Positions 63,475-64,000 of a DNA stretch of 64,000 nt are shown piece after piece; the first letter of the stretch is position 1, and the number at the start of each line of letters is the position of its first letter. The stretch is from NCBI GenBank assembly GCA_964106915.2, contig OZ066922.1, one strand, 5' to 3'. The position numbers and the translations under genes were made by a program. The stretch is from Podarcis gaigeae. Taxonomy: Eukaryota. The notes beneath the pieces are model-generated. The model was not told where the DNA came from and searched no databases. It saw only the letters and a program-made list of their open reading frames with translations.

Positions 63475-64000
63475 GTAAGTATTAGATTTGCATATTTCTT
63501 ACTCTGTTTTAAAAACTCTAGAATACAAAGCAGGTTACTGGTGACAAGTGTATTATAAAGTTATACAAAATTTTAGGAAATGTTATTTAGTTGATTTTTT
63601 TTTAAAAATTCAGAAGACCAAGGGTATGCCATTATTAGCTTTATGCAAAAAATCATGCAGATTCATGTTTCAGAGTGTGAACCTAACAACAAAAAGTGTG
63701 GTTTATCAGTTTGAGTCATGAAAGGACTGCAACAATTCAGATATTTAGTCAAGCTAGTTTTTAAATTAAATAAACAATTGTTTTGATATTAATAAGTATT
63801 CTCAACCTAAATTATGAATAGTCTTCCACAACCATTTGCCAGAGTATTGAATACTGAATAAGGATCATGGAATGTGGCAGGGAATTCATTTTTCAACTTT
63901 AAGCAACAATACAATATATTTTAGTTATTGTGAATTGCATGTAAATTCAAAGGGTTATAAATCAATTTGAAGTCTGAGGTGTGCTCTTTCAGACTGTGCT

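Overview
Eukaryotic (squamate, most likely lacertid lizard) genomic DNA containing the 5' part of VEGFC on the + strand. A CpG-island promoter (~31.4-32.8 kb) is followed by coding exons 1-4 at 32457-32603, 55619-55838, 60818-61008 and 63323-63474 (710 nt, all GT-AG, phases 0/1/0/2). The gene continues past the window. The upstream ~31 kb has no credible coding gene. The remainder is AT-rich non-coding DNA with squamate repeats: Sauria SINEs, other tRNA-derived SINEs, L2/CR1/RTE-X/Rex-Babar LINE fragments, Tc1/mariner and Harbinger-like MITEs, a DIRS remnant and a Penelope-type inverted element. The most notable observations are (i) a minimal hammerhead-ribozyme motif on the sense strand of VEGFC intron 1, embedded in a ~72-bp inverted repeat that would sequester its core; (ii) a uORF (MSGFL...) in a 5'-leader block that appears shared with human VEGFC; (iii) a NAGNAG acceptor at exon 2; (iv) a candidate Tyr-sulfation motif in the propeptide; and (v) candidate enhancers. 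I found no wholly new gene system. Repeat-family names and cross-species comparisons come from recall and need database confirmation.
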